Assembly: GCA_040753015.1 (NCBI GenBank)
Contig: JBFMHM010000006.1
Location: 20,467-84,466, forward strand
DNA length: 64,000 nucleotides
Reading direction: 5' to 3'
DNA from: Candidatus Omnitrophota bacterium
Lineage (GTDB): Bacteria; Omnitrophota; Gorgyraeia; Gygaellales; JBFMHM01
Notes under the pieces: model-generated
The model's input: only the letters and a program-made list of their open reading frames with translations
The model's database searches: none
What the model was told of the DNA's origin: nothing
Shown: positions 49,778-58,500 of the stretch, in pieces
Layout: every line of letters starts with the position of its first letter
How positions within the stretch are numbered: position 1 is the first letter of the stretch
Translations under genes and position numbers: made by a program

Positions 49778-51970
49778 ATGTGCGTAAGGCAAGAAGCTCT
49801 ATTCAATATTAAACCAACGGAATTCCCTAAAAAAGAAGATTTCAAAAAAGTATCCAGCTATTTTGGCGAAAATACATTTAGCTTAGATACGATGAAAAAA
49901 TACATTTCCTCAGAAACTTTTAAGGCATTTAAGTCATGGATGCAGGAAGGCAAGATTATTACAATTGATCAGGCAAACGAAATTGCTAATGCAATGAAAG
50001 AGTGGGCGACATCAAAAGGGGCTACTTATTACACGCATTGGTTTCAGCCAATGACTGGTCTAACAGCAGAAAAACACGATAGCTTTATTTCAATCACTGG
50101 CCCGGGAAAAGTTATTGAGAAATTTTCTGGTTCAAAATTAATTCAAGGTGAGCCGGATGCAAGCTCTTTTCCTTCGGGCGGCATTCGGGCAACATTTGAA
50201 GCAAGAGGTTATACTGCATGGGATCCAACGAGTGCAGCATTTATCATTGAGAGCAAGTTGGGAAAAACTCTTTGTATTCCCACAATCTTTATTTCTTATC
50301 ACGGTGATGCCTTAGACAAAAAACTCCCACTTTTAAGATCTGATGAAGCCTTAAATAAGGCGGCAGTTAATTTCTTAAAACTTTTTGGCCATCAAGATGT
50401 AAAAAAAGTTTATTCAACTTGTGGGCCAGAGCAAGAATATTTCTTGATTGATAAAAATTACTATAATTTACGGCAAGATTTATTGTTAACTGGGCGTACG
50501 CTTGCTGGAGCACCTTCGCCTAAAGGCCAGCAGCTTGAAGATCAATATTTTGGCACCATTAAAGAACGCGTTCTTAACTTTATGTTTGAGGTAGCAGAAG
50601 AGGCCTATAAGCTGGGTATTCCAATTACAACCCGTCACAACGAAGTTGCCCCACATCAATATGAATTTGCGCCAATTTTTGAAGAATCAAATATTGCTGC
50701 AGACCATAACCAGCTTCTAATGGAATTAATGAAAAAAATTGCTATTCGCCACAATCTTATTTGTTTATTACATGAGAAGCCATTTGCCGGAGTTAATGGT
50801 AGTGGTAAACATTTAAATTGGTCGCTCGCCGACGATAAATGCAACAATTTATTAAACCCTGGCGAAACGCCCGAAGATAATTTACAATTCTTAGCAGTCC
50901 TCGCGGCAGTTCTGCGTGCAGTCTATTTACATTCTGATTTGCTACGTGCAAGCGTGGCTATTGCTGGAAATGAACATAGGCTTGGTGCAAATGAAGCGCC
51001 TCCCGCAATAATTAGTGTATTTTTAGGCGAACAGCTAACGACAATTTTAGAAATGATCGAAAAAGGTGCTAAGAAAAAAGTCTCTAAACACGATATTATT
51101 GATTTAGGTATTTCACGTTTACCGAAATTTAATAAAGATACAACCGATAGGAACCGCACATCGCCATTTGCCTTTACTGGGGCAAAGTTTGAATTTAGGG
51201 CAGTTGGTTCATCACAAAATATTTCTACACCTATTACAATCATTAATACTATAATTGCTGAAAGCCTTGATTATATCTCAGAAAAAATTGCTAAAGAGGC
51301 AAAACATGGTGATTTTAATACAGTTGTATTAAAAGTTATTGCTCAGATTATTAAGGAAAGCAAAGATATTTGTTTTGAAGGCAATAATTATTCAGGGGAG
51401 TGGGTGAAAGAAGCAAAAAAACGCGGCCTTCCTAATATTGCTTCAACTATTGAGGCACTTGAGGCATTTGTTGAAGAAAAGAATATCAAATTATTTGAAA
51501 AATATAAGGTTTTTTCGAAGCAAGAAATTGTTGCCCGTTATCATATTTGGGCACATATGTATGATTTAACCTTGGAAATCGAGGCAAATACCCTAAATGA
51601 AATGGTTAATGCAAGCGTTGTGCCATTTGGGCTTCAGTATCAAGAGCTTTTGGCAGAGAATCTTTCAAGGATAGCTCATCTTAAAAAAGATGCAAAGTTG
51701 ACTATTGATAAGAAAGCATTTGATGATTTAAAAGAACATCTTTCAGAAGTAGTTTCAAAAATTTATTATGTTAGAAAGAATACTAAAGAAATGGTTAAGC
51801 TCTTAGAAAGAGCATCAAAGCTTGACGCTGAAAAGCGTGCAGAAGTTTATTTCAAAGAACTAAAACCATTGATGGAGCATATTCGTAGGCATGTTGATGA
51901 CTTAGAAAAAGTTGTTTCTGATGAGCATTGGGATTTACCGAAATATAGAGAGATGTTATTTATTAAATAA
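49778..51970 (+). CDS. glnA: Glutamine synthetase type III
   Basis: GGAGG RBS before ATG 49778; HWFQPMTG.TAEKHD, EPDASSFPSGG, HNEVAP, EKPFAGVNGSGKH, DRNRTSPFAFTG. Confidence 0.95.
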   Translation: MCVRQEALFNIKPTEFPKKEDFKKVSSYFGENTFSLDTMKKYISSETFKAFKSWMQEGKIITIDQANEIANAMKEWATSKGATYYTHWFQPMTGLTAEKHDSFISITGPGKVIEKFSGSKLIQGEPDASSFPSGGIRATFEARGYTAWDPTSAAFIIESKLGKTLCIPTIFISYHGDALDKKLPLLRSDEALNKAAVNFLKLFGHQDVKKVYSTCGPEQEYFLIDKNYYNLRQDLLLTGRTLAGAPSPKGQQLEDQYFGTIKERVLNFMFEVAEEAYKLGIPITTRHNEVAPHQYEFAPIFEESNIAADHNQLLMELMKKIAIRHNLICLLHEKPFAGVNGSGKHLNWSLADDKCNNLLNPGETPEDNLQFLAVLAAVLRAVYLHSDLLRASVAIAGNEHRLGANEAPPAIISVFLGEQLTTILEMIEKGAKKKVSKHDIIDLGISRLPKFNKDTTDRNRTSPFAFTGAKFEFRAVGSSQNISTPITIINTIIAESLDYISEKIAKEAKHGDFNTVVLKVIAQIIKESKDICFEGNNYSGEWVKEAKKRGLPNIASTIEALEAFVEEKNIKLFEKYKVFSKQEIVARYHIWAHMYDLTLEIEANTLNEMVNASVVPFGLQYQELLAENLSRIAHLKKDAKLTIDKKAFDDLKEHLSEVVSKIYYVRKNTKEMVKLLERASKLDAEKRAEVYFKELKPLMEHIRRHVDDLEKVVSDEHWDLPKYREMLFIK

Positions 51971-51983
51971 AAAGCTTATCTTT

Positions 51984-52027
51984 AAAAGCGCCCCGATGCG
52001 TATATTACTATCGGGGCGCTTTTTTAT
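51984..52027 (+). terminator. Intrinsic terminator of GSIII
   Basis: AAAAGCGCCCCGAT-loop-ATCGGGGCGCTTTTTT. Confidence 0.88.
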
Positions 52028-52054
52028 TCCATGTATTGTAAATATGTTCTAGGC

Positions 52055-52098
52055 ATACTCGGAAAAAGTCTTGACTTTTTCCGAGTATAGTGTAGACT
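52055..52098 (+). promoter_or_regulatory. Perfect 16-bp inverted repeat overlapping promoter of the AAA ATPase gene
   Basis: ATACTCGGAAAAAGTC-TT-GACTTTTTCCGAGTAT over TTGACT(52071)-N16-TAGACT(52093). Confidence 0.75.
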
Positions 52099-52104
52099 TT
52101 AAGT

Positions 52105-53334
52105 ATGGATAAAAGGGTTCTCTATAAAGATTTATGGGATGAATTATCTAAAGATAAGTCTTTGATTATGTTGGCTGGCCCGCGCCAGGCGGGTAAAACT
52201 ACTTTTGCCAAAAGTATTGTAGCAAAAGATTTTTTAGATACTATTTATCTCAATTGGGATATTTCTGCAGATAAAAAACGGCTTATTGAAGACCCCGAAT
52301 TTTTTTCTAAGGAATCTCGTAGTAGTGTTTCTTCGCGCCCACTGGTTATTCTTGATGAAATTCATAAATATCGCGATTGGAAAAATTACCTTAAAGGTAT
52401 TTACGATCAATTTGCCACTAACTATCAGTTTCTTGTTACAGGTAGCGGCCGGTTGGAATTTTCTCGTAAAGCTGGTGACTCACTTGCTGGCAGGTTTCTT
52501 AAATTTCATATTTTTCCTTTAACACTTGGCGAGCTTTTTTATAAGAGAAGAGAGTTAAAAGACTTTATTGGTAATCCATTGAAAGAGTTTGAAGGCCATT
52601 CAGTTAAAACAACAGCTAAGGCCTTCCATCTACTATGGGAATTAAGCGGTTTTCCAGAACCTTTTCTAAAAGGGAAGAAGGCATTTTGGTCTGCTTGGTC
52701 TAGCACATATGGCCAACAAATAGTTAGGGATGATTTAAGGACGATTGCAGATATACGTAATCTTGACATGATTGAGACGCTTTTTGCGCTTGTGCCGGGA
52801 AGAGTGGGAAGCCCCATGTCGATGAATAATTTGGCAGGTGATCTTCAGGTAGCTTTTGATACTGTGAAAAATTGGTTATTACTCTTTGATTCATTTTATC
52901 TTACATTTCGTCTTTCTCCTTGGACATCGAAGCTGTCAAGAAGTATTCTTAAAGAGAAAAAAATATATCTTTTTAATTTCCCAGTTATCGAAGATGAAGG
53001 CAGCCGGTTTGAAAACTTGGTTGCTTTAGAATTATTCAGGGCAATTGAGACTTGGAATGACCGCGGTTTTGGTAATTTTACGTTGCACTATCTTAGAAAT
53101 AAAGATAAGCAGGAAGTCGATTTCCTTTTAGCAAAAAATAACCACCCGTTTCTTTTAATTGAAACAAAACTTTCCGATGAAACTTCTGCTTCAAATTTAT
53201 TGTTTTTTCAGAATTTTTTTAATATTCCTGCTGTACAACTTGTTAAAAAAGAAGGAGTAAAAAAAGTTTTTAGAAATGGCTTAAATAATGTTTTGGTCGT
53301 AACTGCGCACATGTGGCTTGCTGCGTTGCCTTAA
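52105..53334 (+). CDS. AAA+ ATPase, AAA_14/DUF4143 (COG1373) family
   Basis: GPRQAGKT, ILDEIH, VTGS, SLAGR, GFPEP, FENLV, EVDF..IETK PD-(D/E)xK-like tail. Confidence 0.9.
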   Translation: MDKRVLYKDLWDELSKDKSLIMLAGPRQAGKTTFAKSIVAKDFLDTIYLNWDISADKKRLIEDPEFFSKESRSSVSSRPLVILDEIHKYRDWKNYLKGIYDQFATNYQFLVTGSGRLEFSRKAGDSLAGRFLKFHIFPLTLGELFYKRRELKDFIGNPLKEFEGHSVKTTAKAFHLLWELSGFPEPFLKGKKAFWSAWSSTYGQQIVRDDLRTIADIRNLDMIETLFALVPGRVGSPMSMNNLAGDLQVAFDTVKNWLLLFDSFYLTFRLSPWTSKLSRSILKEKKIYLFNFPVIEDEGSRFENLVALELFRAIETWNDRGFGNFTLHYLRNKDKQEVDFLLAKNNHPFLLIETKLSDETSASNLLFFQNFFNIPAVQLVKKEGVKKVFRNGLNNVLVVTAHMWLAALP

Positions 53335-53346
53335 TTAGTCAAAAGT

Positions 53347-53385
53347 AGCGCTCCGATTGTGCTTTGCTCATCGGGGGCTCTTTTT
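53347..53385 (+). terminator. Intrinsic terminator of ATPase gene
   Basis: AGCGCTCCGAT-loop-ATCGGGGGCT-CTTTTT. Confidence 0.7.
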
Positions 53386-53482
53386 AAGCCGAATAAAAAT
53401 ATTTTTAAATTTAGTTATGACTAGATTATGCATATATGATTTATTAACATATATCATTAGGATAATTGGAGCGTGAATTAAA

Positions 53483-55117
53483 GTGAAAGATAATTTGTTG
53501 AGAATAGGTCTTGCCCAAATAAATTCTTGCGTTGGGGATTTAGAAGGTAACCGGAAAAAAATCTTTGAATTTGTTGAAAAAGCAAAAGAAAATGCTTGCG
53601 ATTTAGTTGTGTTCCCCGAGCTTGCTATTACGGGCTATCCTCCTGAAGACCTGCTTTTAAAAAAACATTTCATCTCGGATAATATAAAAACTCTAAACTC
53701 TTTGGTTAAAGAAATTAAGCAAATTACAGCTGTTATTGGTTTCGTTGATCAAAATAAAAATCATATTTTTAACGCTGCAGCAGTAATTACCGATGGAAAA
53801 TTAAAGGGTATTTATCATAAAAAAAACCTTCCAAATTATAGTGTATTTGACGAAAAAAGATATTTTGAATCTGGTTTTAAAAACCCATTATTTAAGGTTG
53901 GTAAATTTATTTGTGCAGTTAATATCTGTGAAGACATTTGGGAAGAGGGCGGAGTCTATGCGCAGCAGAAAAAATCTGGAGCAAATTTATTGATCAATAT
54001 TTCCGCCTCACCCTATTATATCGATAAGATTAATTTAAGGAAAAAAATGTTATCCCGCCGTGCAAAAGATCTGAATGACTTTGTTTGTTATTGCAATTTA
54101 GTTGGCGGACAAGATGAGCTTGTTTTCGACGGTGGAAGTTTTATTTTTGATAAAAAAGGGAAATTGATTGCTTTCGGTAAGCAATTTCAGGAAGATTTAT
54201 TAATCGCCGATTTAGGAATTGTAGGGGCGGCCCCAAGTGGCCGCCCGAAGAATATCGGACAGCCACGCCAAATGTCGCGATTAGAGGAAGTTTATAGCGC
54301 CTTAGTTTTAGGGACAAGAGATTACATAACCAAAAATGGATTTAAAAAAGTAGTTATTGGCTTAAGCGGAGGAATTGATTCTGCTTTAGTTGTAGCAATT
54401 GCCGTAGATGCGCTTGGCCGTGAAAATGTAGTCGGTGTTTCTATGCCATCACAATATACATCTCTTGGAACAAAAACCGATGCCGAAATTTTAGCAAAAA
54501 ACCTCAAGATAAAATTTTTAACTATCCCTATCGACGGGATATTTAATACTTACTTAGATAATCTTCAAAAAGAATTTTCTGGTAGAGCAAAAGATACAAC
54601 TGAGGAAAATTTGCAGGCGCGTATTCGCGGCAATATCTTGATGTCTTTATCGAATAAATTTGGCTGGCTTGTTTTAACAACTGGCAATAAAAGTGAAACG
54701 TCTGTTGGATATTGCACGTTGTATGGAGATATGGCAGGCGGATTTGCTGTGATAAAAGATGTTTTTAAGACGCTTGTCTATGATTTGGCGTATTTTAGAA
54801 ACGAAAAAGATAAAATTATTCCGGAAACTATTTTTACGCGATCTCCTTCCGCAGAATTAAAAGAAAATCAGAGGGATCAAGACAGCCTTCCAGATTATGA
54901 AGTTTTAGACCATATCTTAAAGGGCTATATTGAGGAAGACAAAAGTATTGAACAAATAATTGCAAAAAAATTTGACGCAGATATAGTTAAAAAAGTTATT
55001 AAATTAGTGGATACTAATGAATATAAGCGCCGTCAAGCGCCGCCAGGCATAAAGATTACACCAAAAGCATTCGGTAAAGACCGCCGTTTACCAATTACTA
55101 ATAAATATAATAAATAA
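53483..55117 (+). CDS. nadE: Glutamine-dependent NAD+ synthetase
   Basis: CN-hydrolase FPEL, LPNYSVFDEKRYF, ICEDIW; synthetase LSGGIDS, ENLQARIR, TGNKSE, EYKRRQ. Confidence 0.95.
   Translation: MKDNLLRIGLAQINSCVGDLEGNRKKIFEFVEKAKENACDLVVFPELAITGYPPEDLLLKKHFISDNIKTLNSLVKEIKQITAVIGFVDQNKNHIFNAAAVITDGKLKGIYHKKNLPNYSVFDEKRYFESGFKNPLFKVGKFICAVNICEDIWEEGGVYAQQKKSGANLLINISASPYYIDKINLRKKMLSRRAKDLNDFVCYCNLVGGQDELVFDGGSFIFDKKGKLIAFGKQFQEDLLIADLGIVGAAPSGRPKNIGQPRQMSRLEEVYSALVLGTRDYITKNGFKKVVIGLSGGIDSALVVAIAVDALGRENVVGVSMPSQYTSLGTKTDAEILAKNLKIKFLTIPIDGIFNTYLDNLQKEFSGRAKDTTEENLQARIRGNILMSLSNKFGWLVLTTGNKSETSVGYCTLYGDMAGGFAVIKDVFKTLVYDLAYFRNEKDKIIPETIFTRSPSAELKENQRDQDSLPDYEVLDHILKGYIEEDKSIEQIIAKKFDADIVKKVIKLVDTNEYKRRQAPPGIKITPKAFGKDRRLPITNKYNK
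54220..54247 (+). repeat. GTAG-type REP-like hairpin in frame in nadE interdomain linker
   Basis: GTAG-GGGCGGCC-CCAAGT-GGCCGCCC. Confidence 0.72.
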
Positions 55118-55121
55118 TTTT

Positions 55122-55148
55122 GTTACCATATTATATTAATTTTTACTT
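55122..55148 (+). promoter_or_regulatory. GTTACCA-N14-TTACTT motif 3 (upstream of HTH-gltBD)
   Basis: GTTACCA tattatattaattt TTACTT. Confidence 0.72.
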
Positions 55149-55151
55149 ATA

Positions 55152-55240
55152 ATAATAGGCACGCGGTAGTGCTTATTATATAGAAATTTAACAAAGACGT
55201 TCGTTGTGGTATATAAAGCGCCATGATGAACGTTTTTTTA
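55152..55240 (+). promoter_or_regulatory. ANTAR dual-hairpin leader with overlapping terminator (HTH-gltB-gltD)
   Basis: P1 ATAATAGGCAC-GCGGTA-GTGCTTATTAT; P2 AAC-AAAGAC-GTT overlapping 17-bp stem 55194-55236 plus T-run. Confidence 0.82.
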
Positions 55241-55291
55241 TTGGGAACAATTGATTAAAAGTTAGGCAGAGTTTGCTAAAAAATTATACAT

Positions 55292-55507
55292 ATGGATAAA
55301 AAGATTATTGATGAATATTTTTTAATATTTTCGAAGGGCGAAATTTATTCAAAGGCAATTTTAGATACAGAAAGACTTTTGATTGAGAAGGCGCTTGAAT
55401 ATTCATCAGGTAATCAGATTATTGCAGCAAAGATTCTAGGAATGAATAGAAACACGCTAAGAACGAAAATTAAAAAATTGAATATTGATATAAAGGTATA
55501 TAAATGA
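55292..55507 (+). CDS. Stand-alone Fis/NtrC-type helix-turn-helix protein
   Basis: ERLLIEKALEYSSGNQIIAAKILGMNRNTLRTKIKKL (HTH_8). Confidence 0.88.
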   Translation: MDKKIIDEYFLIFSKGEIYSKAILDTERLLIEKALEYSSGNQIIAAKILGMNRNTLRTKIKKLNIDIKVYK

Positions 55508-58500
55508 TCGATAGCCGTAAAGAAAAATTATCCGCCGTAGGCCCGTGGCTTCGCCGCGAGGCGAGCGAGACCTCGTCACTGTATGACGGGGAACAATTTG
55601 GTTTATATGACCGGCGTTTTGAGCACGATGCCTGTGGTGTAGGTTTTGTATGCGACATTAAAGGAAGGAAGTCGCACGATATTATACAAAAAGGCATTGA
55701 GGTTTTAAGAAGGCTGAGCCATCGCGGGGCAGTTGGCGCAGACCCAAAAACCGGTGATGGCGCAGGAATTTTAATCCAAATTCCCGATGAATTTTTAAGA
55801 AAAGAATGTGCTAAATTAAAGATCTCACTGCCTGAATTTGGTAATTATGGCGTAGGTCTGGTATTTTTGCCACAAGATGACAAAGAGCGTAAGTTTTGCC
55901 TCGATGCTTTTGAAAAAATTATTAAGCAAGAAAAAGAAAAATTATTAGGGTTTCGGGAAATCGAAGTTGATAGTTCGATTATCGGTAAAACCGCACAGAA
56001 TACTCAACCAAAAATTAGTCAAATCTTTATTGAGAAGTCAGAGAATGTCAAAAAAGGGTTAGATTTTGAAAGAAAACTTTATCTAATCCGTAAGCAAGTT
56101 GAGAATATAATTTGTGCCTCAACTATTCGACAAAAAGATTTTTTCTATATTACAAATATTTCTTCTCAAACGCTTATCTATAAAGGTCTTTTGATGCCTG
56201 ATCAAGTCGATGGTTTTTTCCCAGAGCTTAAAGATGAATCTTTAACGAGCTCTTTGTGTTTAGTGCATTCTCGTTATAGTACAAATACGTTTCCGACCTG
56301 GGATTTAGCGCAGCCATTTCGATACCTCGCTCATAACGGAGAGATAAATACTTTAAGGGGAAATATTAATTGGATGCAGGCACGAGAGGGCCTTCTAAAG
56401 AGTATTTTTTTTAATAAAGATATAGAAAAATTAAAGCCTGTAATTGTGCCTGGTGGCAGTGACTCTGCGGTAATTGATAATGTTTTTGAATTATTGTTTC
56501 TTTCAGGAAGGTCTCTTAGTCATGTTATGTCAATGCTTATTCCAAGCGCATGGGAGCAGAATAAGGAATTAAACAGCGAATTAAAAAATTTCTATAAATA
56601 TCATGTTTGCTTTATGGAGCCGTGGGATGGGCCAGCTGCAATTGCTTTTACAGATGGAACAAATATTGGCGCTGTATTAGATAGAAACGGCCTTAGGCCT
56701 TGCCGTTACATTGTTACAAAAGATGATTTTGTTGTAATGGCTTCAGAGGTAGGTGTTTTAGATATCGAGCCAAAAAATATTAAACTTTCCGGGCGCCTTA
56801 ACCCAGGAAAGATGTTTTATATTGATACAAAAAAAGGCCGTATTATTGGTGATGATGAAATTAAAAAAGAACTTTCCGCTAAAAAGCCTTATGGAAAATG
56901 GTTAAAAGAAAATTTAGTTAGCTTAGACGATGTGAAAGGTGTGAAGATAAAAGAAAAACAACTAAAAGATACGTTGACATTATTAAAAGCATTTGGTTAT
57001 TCTAAAGAAGATTTAAAAATGATTATTTCTCCTATGGTTCAAAATTCCCAAGAGCCTATTGGTTCAATGGGCAATGATACGCCTTTGGCAGTTTTATCAA
57101 AAAATCCACAGCTACTTTATAGCTATTTTAAACAGTTGTTTGCCCAAGTTACAAATCCAGCAATTGACCCGATAAGAGAAGAAATAGTTATGACTTTAGA
57201 GAGTTTTGTTGGTAGCCAAAAAAATATTTTGGAAGAAACTGATAAACATTGCCATAAGCTATATGTAAAAAATCCAATACTCGAAAATAGAGAGCTAGAA
57301 AAAATAAAGAAAATTAAGCAAAAAGGATTTAAGGCAAAGGTGATATCGATTTTATTCAAAGTAGATGATAAAAAAGATTTTAGGCGGAGATTAGATGAGA
57401 TTTGTAAAGAGGCAGAGCTTGCGATAAAAGACGGCTATTCATTTATTATTTTAAGTGATAAAGGGGTTGCAAGCGAAATGGCGGCATTGCCAGCTTTGCT
57501 TGCAGCGGGCACTATTCATCAATATTTAGTAAAAAAGGCGCTGCGTACGCAAATTGGAATTATTCTTGAAACTGCCGAACCGCGTGAAGTGCACCACTTT
57601 GCGCTTTTATTCGGTTATGGTGTTGATTGCATTAATCCATATTTATCTTATGATGCAATTGAATATTTAATCTCCACCCAGGGCGGATCCGCCTTTGGCG
57701 GAAAAGAGAAAGAGCTTGATTTAGATTACAAAACTGCAATTAAAAATTATCGTAAGGCATTGTCAAAAGGAATTTTAAAAATCCTTTCTAAAATGGGAAT
57801 TTCTACTCTACATAGCTATCGTGGAGCTCAGGTATTTGAGGCAATTGGCATAGCTAATGAAGTTATTGAGAAGAGTTTTTCTGGCACACCGTCGAGAATT
57901 GGTGGTGTGGGATTTGTTGAAATTGAAAAAGAAACATTGCTGCGCCATAGCGAGGCATTTCCGAAAAACAAAAATTTAGAAACCCCGTATCTAGCAATTG
58001 GGGGGTTATATCAATGGAAAAAAGGTGGTGAATTTCATCTTTGGAACCCTGAAACAATAGCAAGCCTTCAAGATGCTGTTAGGAAAAATAATTATTCTAA
58101 ATTTAAAGAGTTCTCAAATTTAATAAATGACCAGTCAAATAATCCTACAACTTTACGGTCGTTATTAAAATTTTCCGCCAAAGGCGAGACCTCGCCGCAA
58201 AGCGGCGGGAAAAAAATAATACCAATACCGCTTGATCAAGTTGAACCAAAAGAAAGTATTTTTAAGCGGTTTGCTACTGGTGCAATGAGTTTTGGTTCTA
58301 TTTCAAAAGGGGCTCATGAGACTCTTGCGTTGGCAATGAATAAAATTGGCGCAAAGTCAAATACTGGCGAAGGTGGGGAAGACCCAGCAAGATTTATCCA
58401 GCTTCCTAACGGAGATTCTTTAAGAAGTGCGATTAAGCAAGTTGCTTCGGGTAGATTTGGCGTAACCACAAATTATCTCGTTAACGCTGATGAGCTGCAA

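Noticed and set aside
53432-53454. ATATATG-N9-CATATAT inverted repeat upstream of nadE
   Set aside because: Low complexity in AT-rich DNA and single copy; no GTTACCA motif or ANTAR hairpin seen here, so nadE is not assigned to the regulon.
49421-55290. sigma54 (-24/-12) promoters for nitrogen genes
   Set aside because: No convincing TGGCAC-N5-TTGC. GGCACGCGGTAGTGC at 55158 resembles a GG-N10-TGC pattern but is better explained as the ANTAR P1 hairpin; it remains formally possible if rpoN exists elsewhere in the genome.
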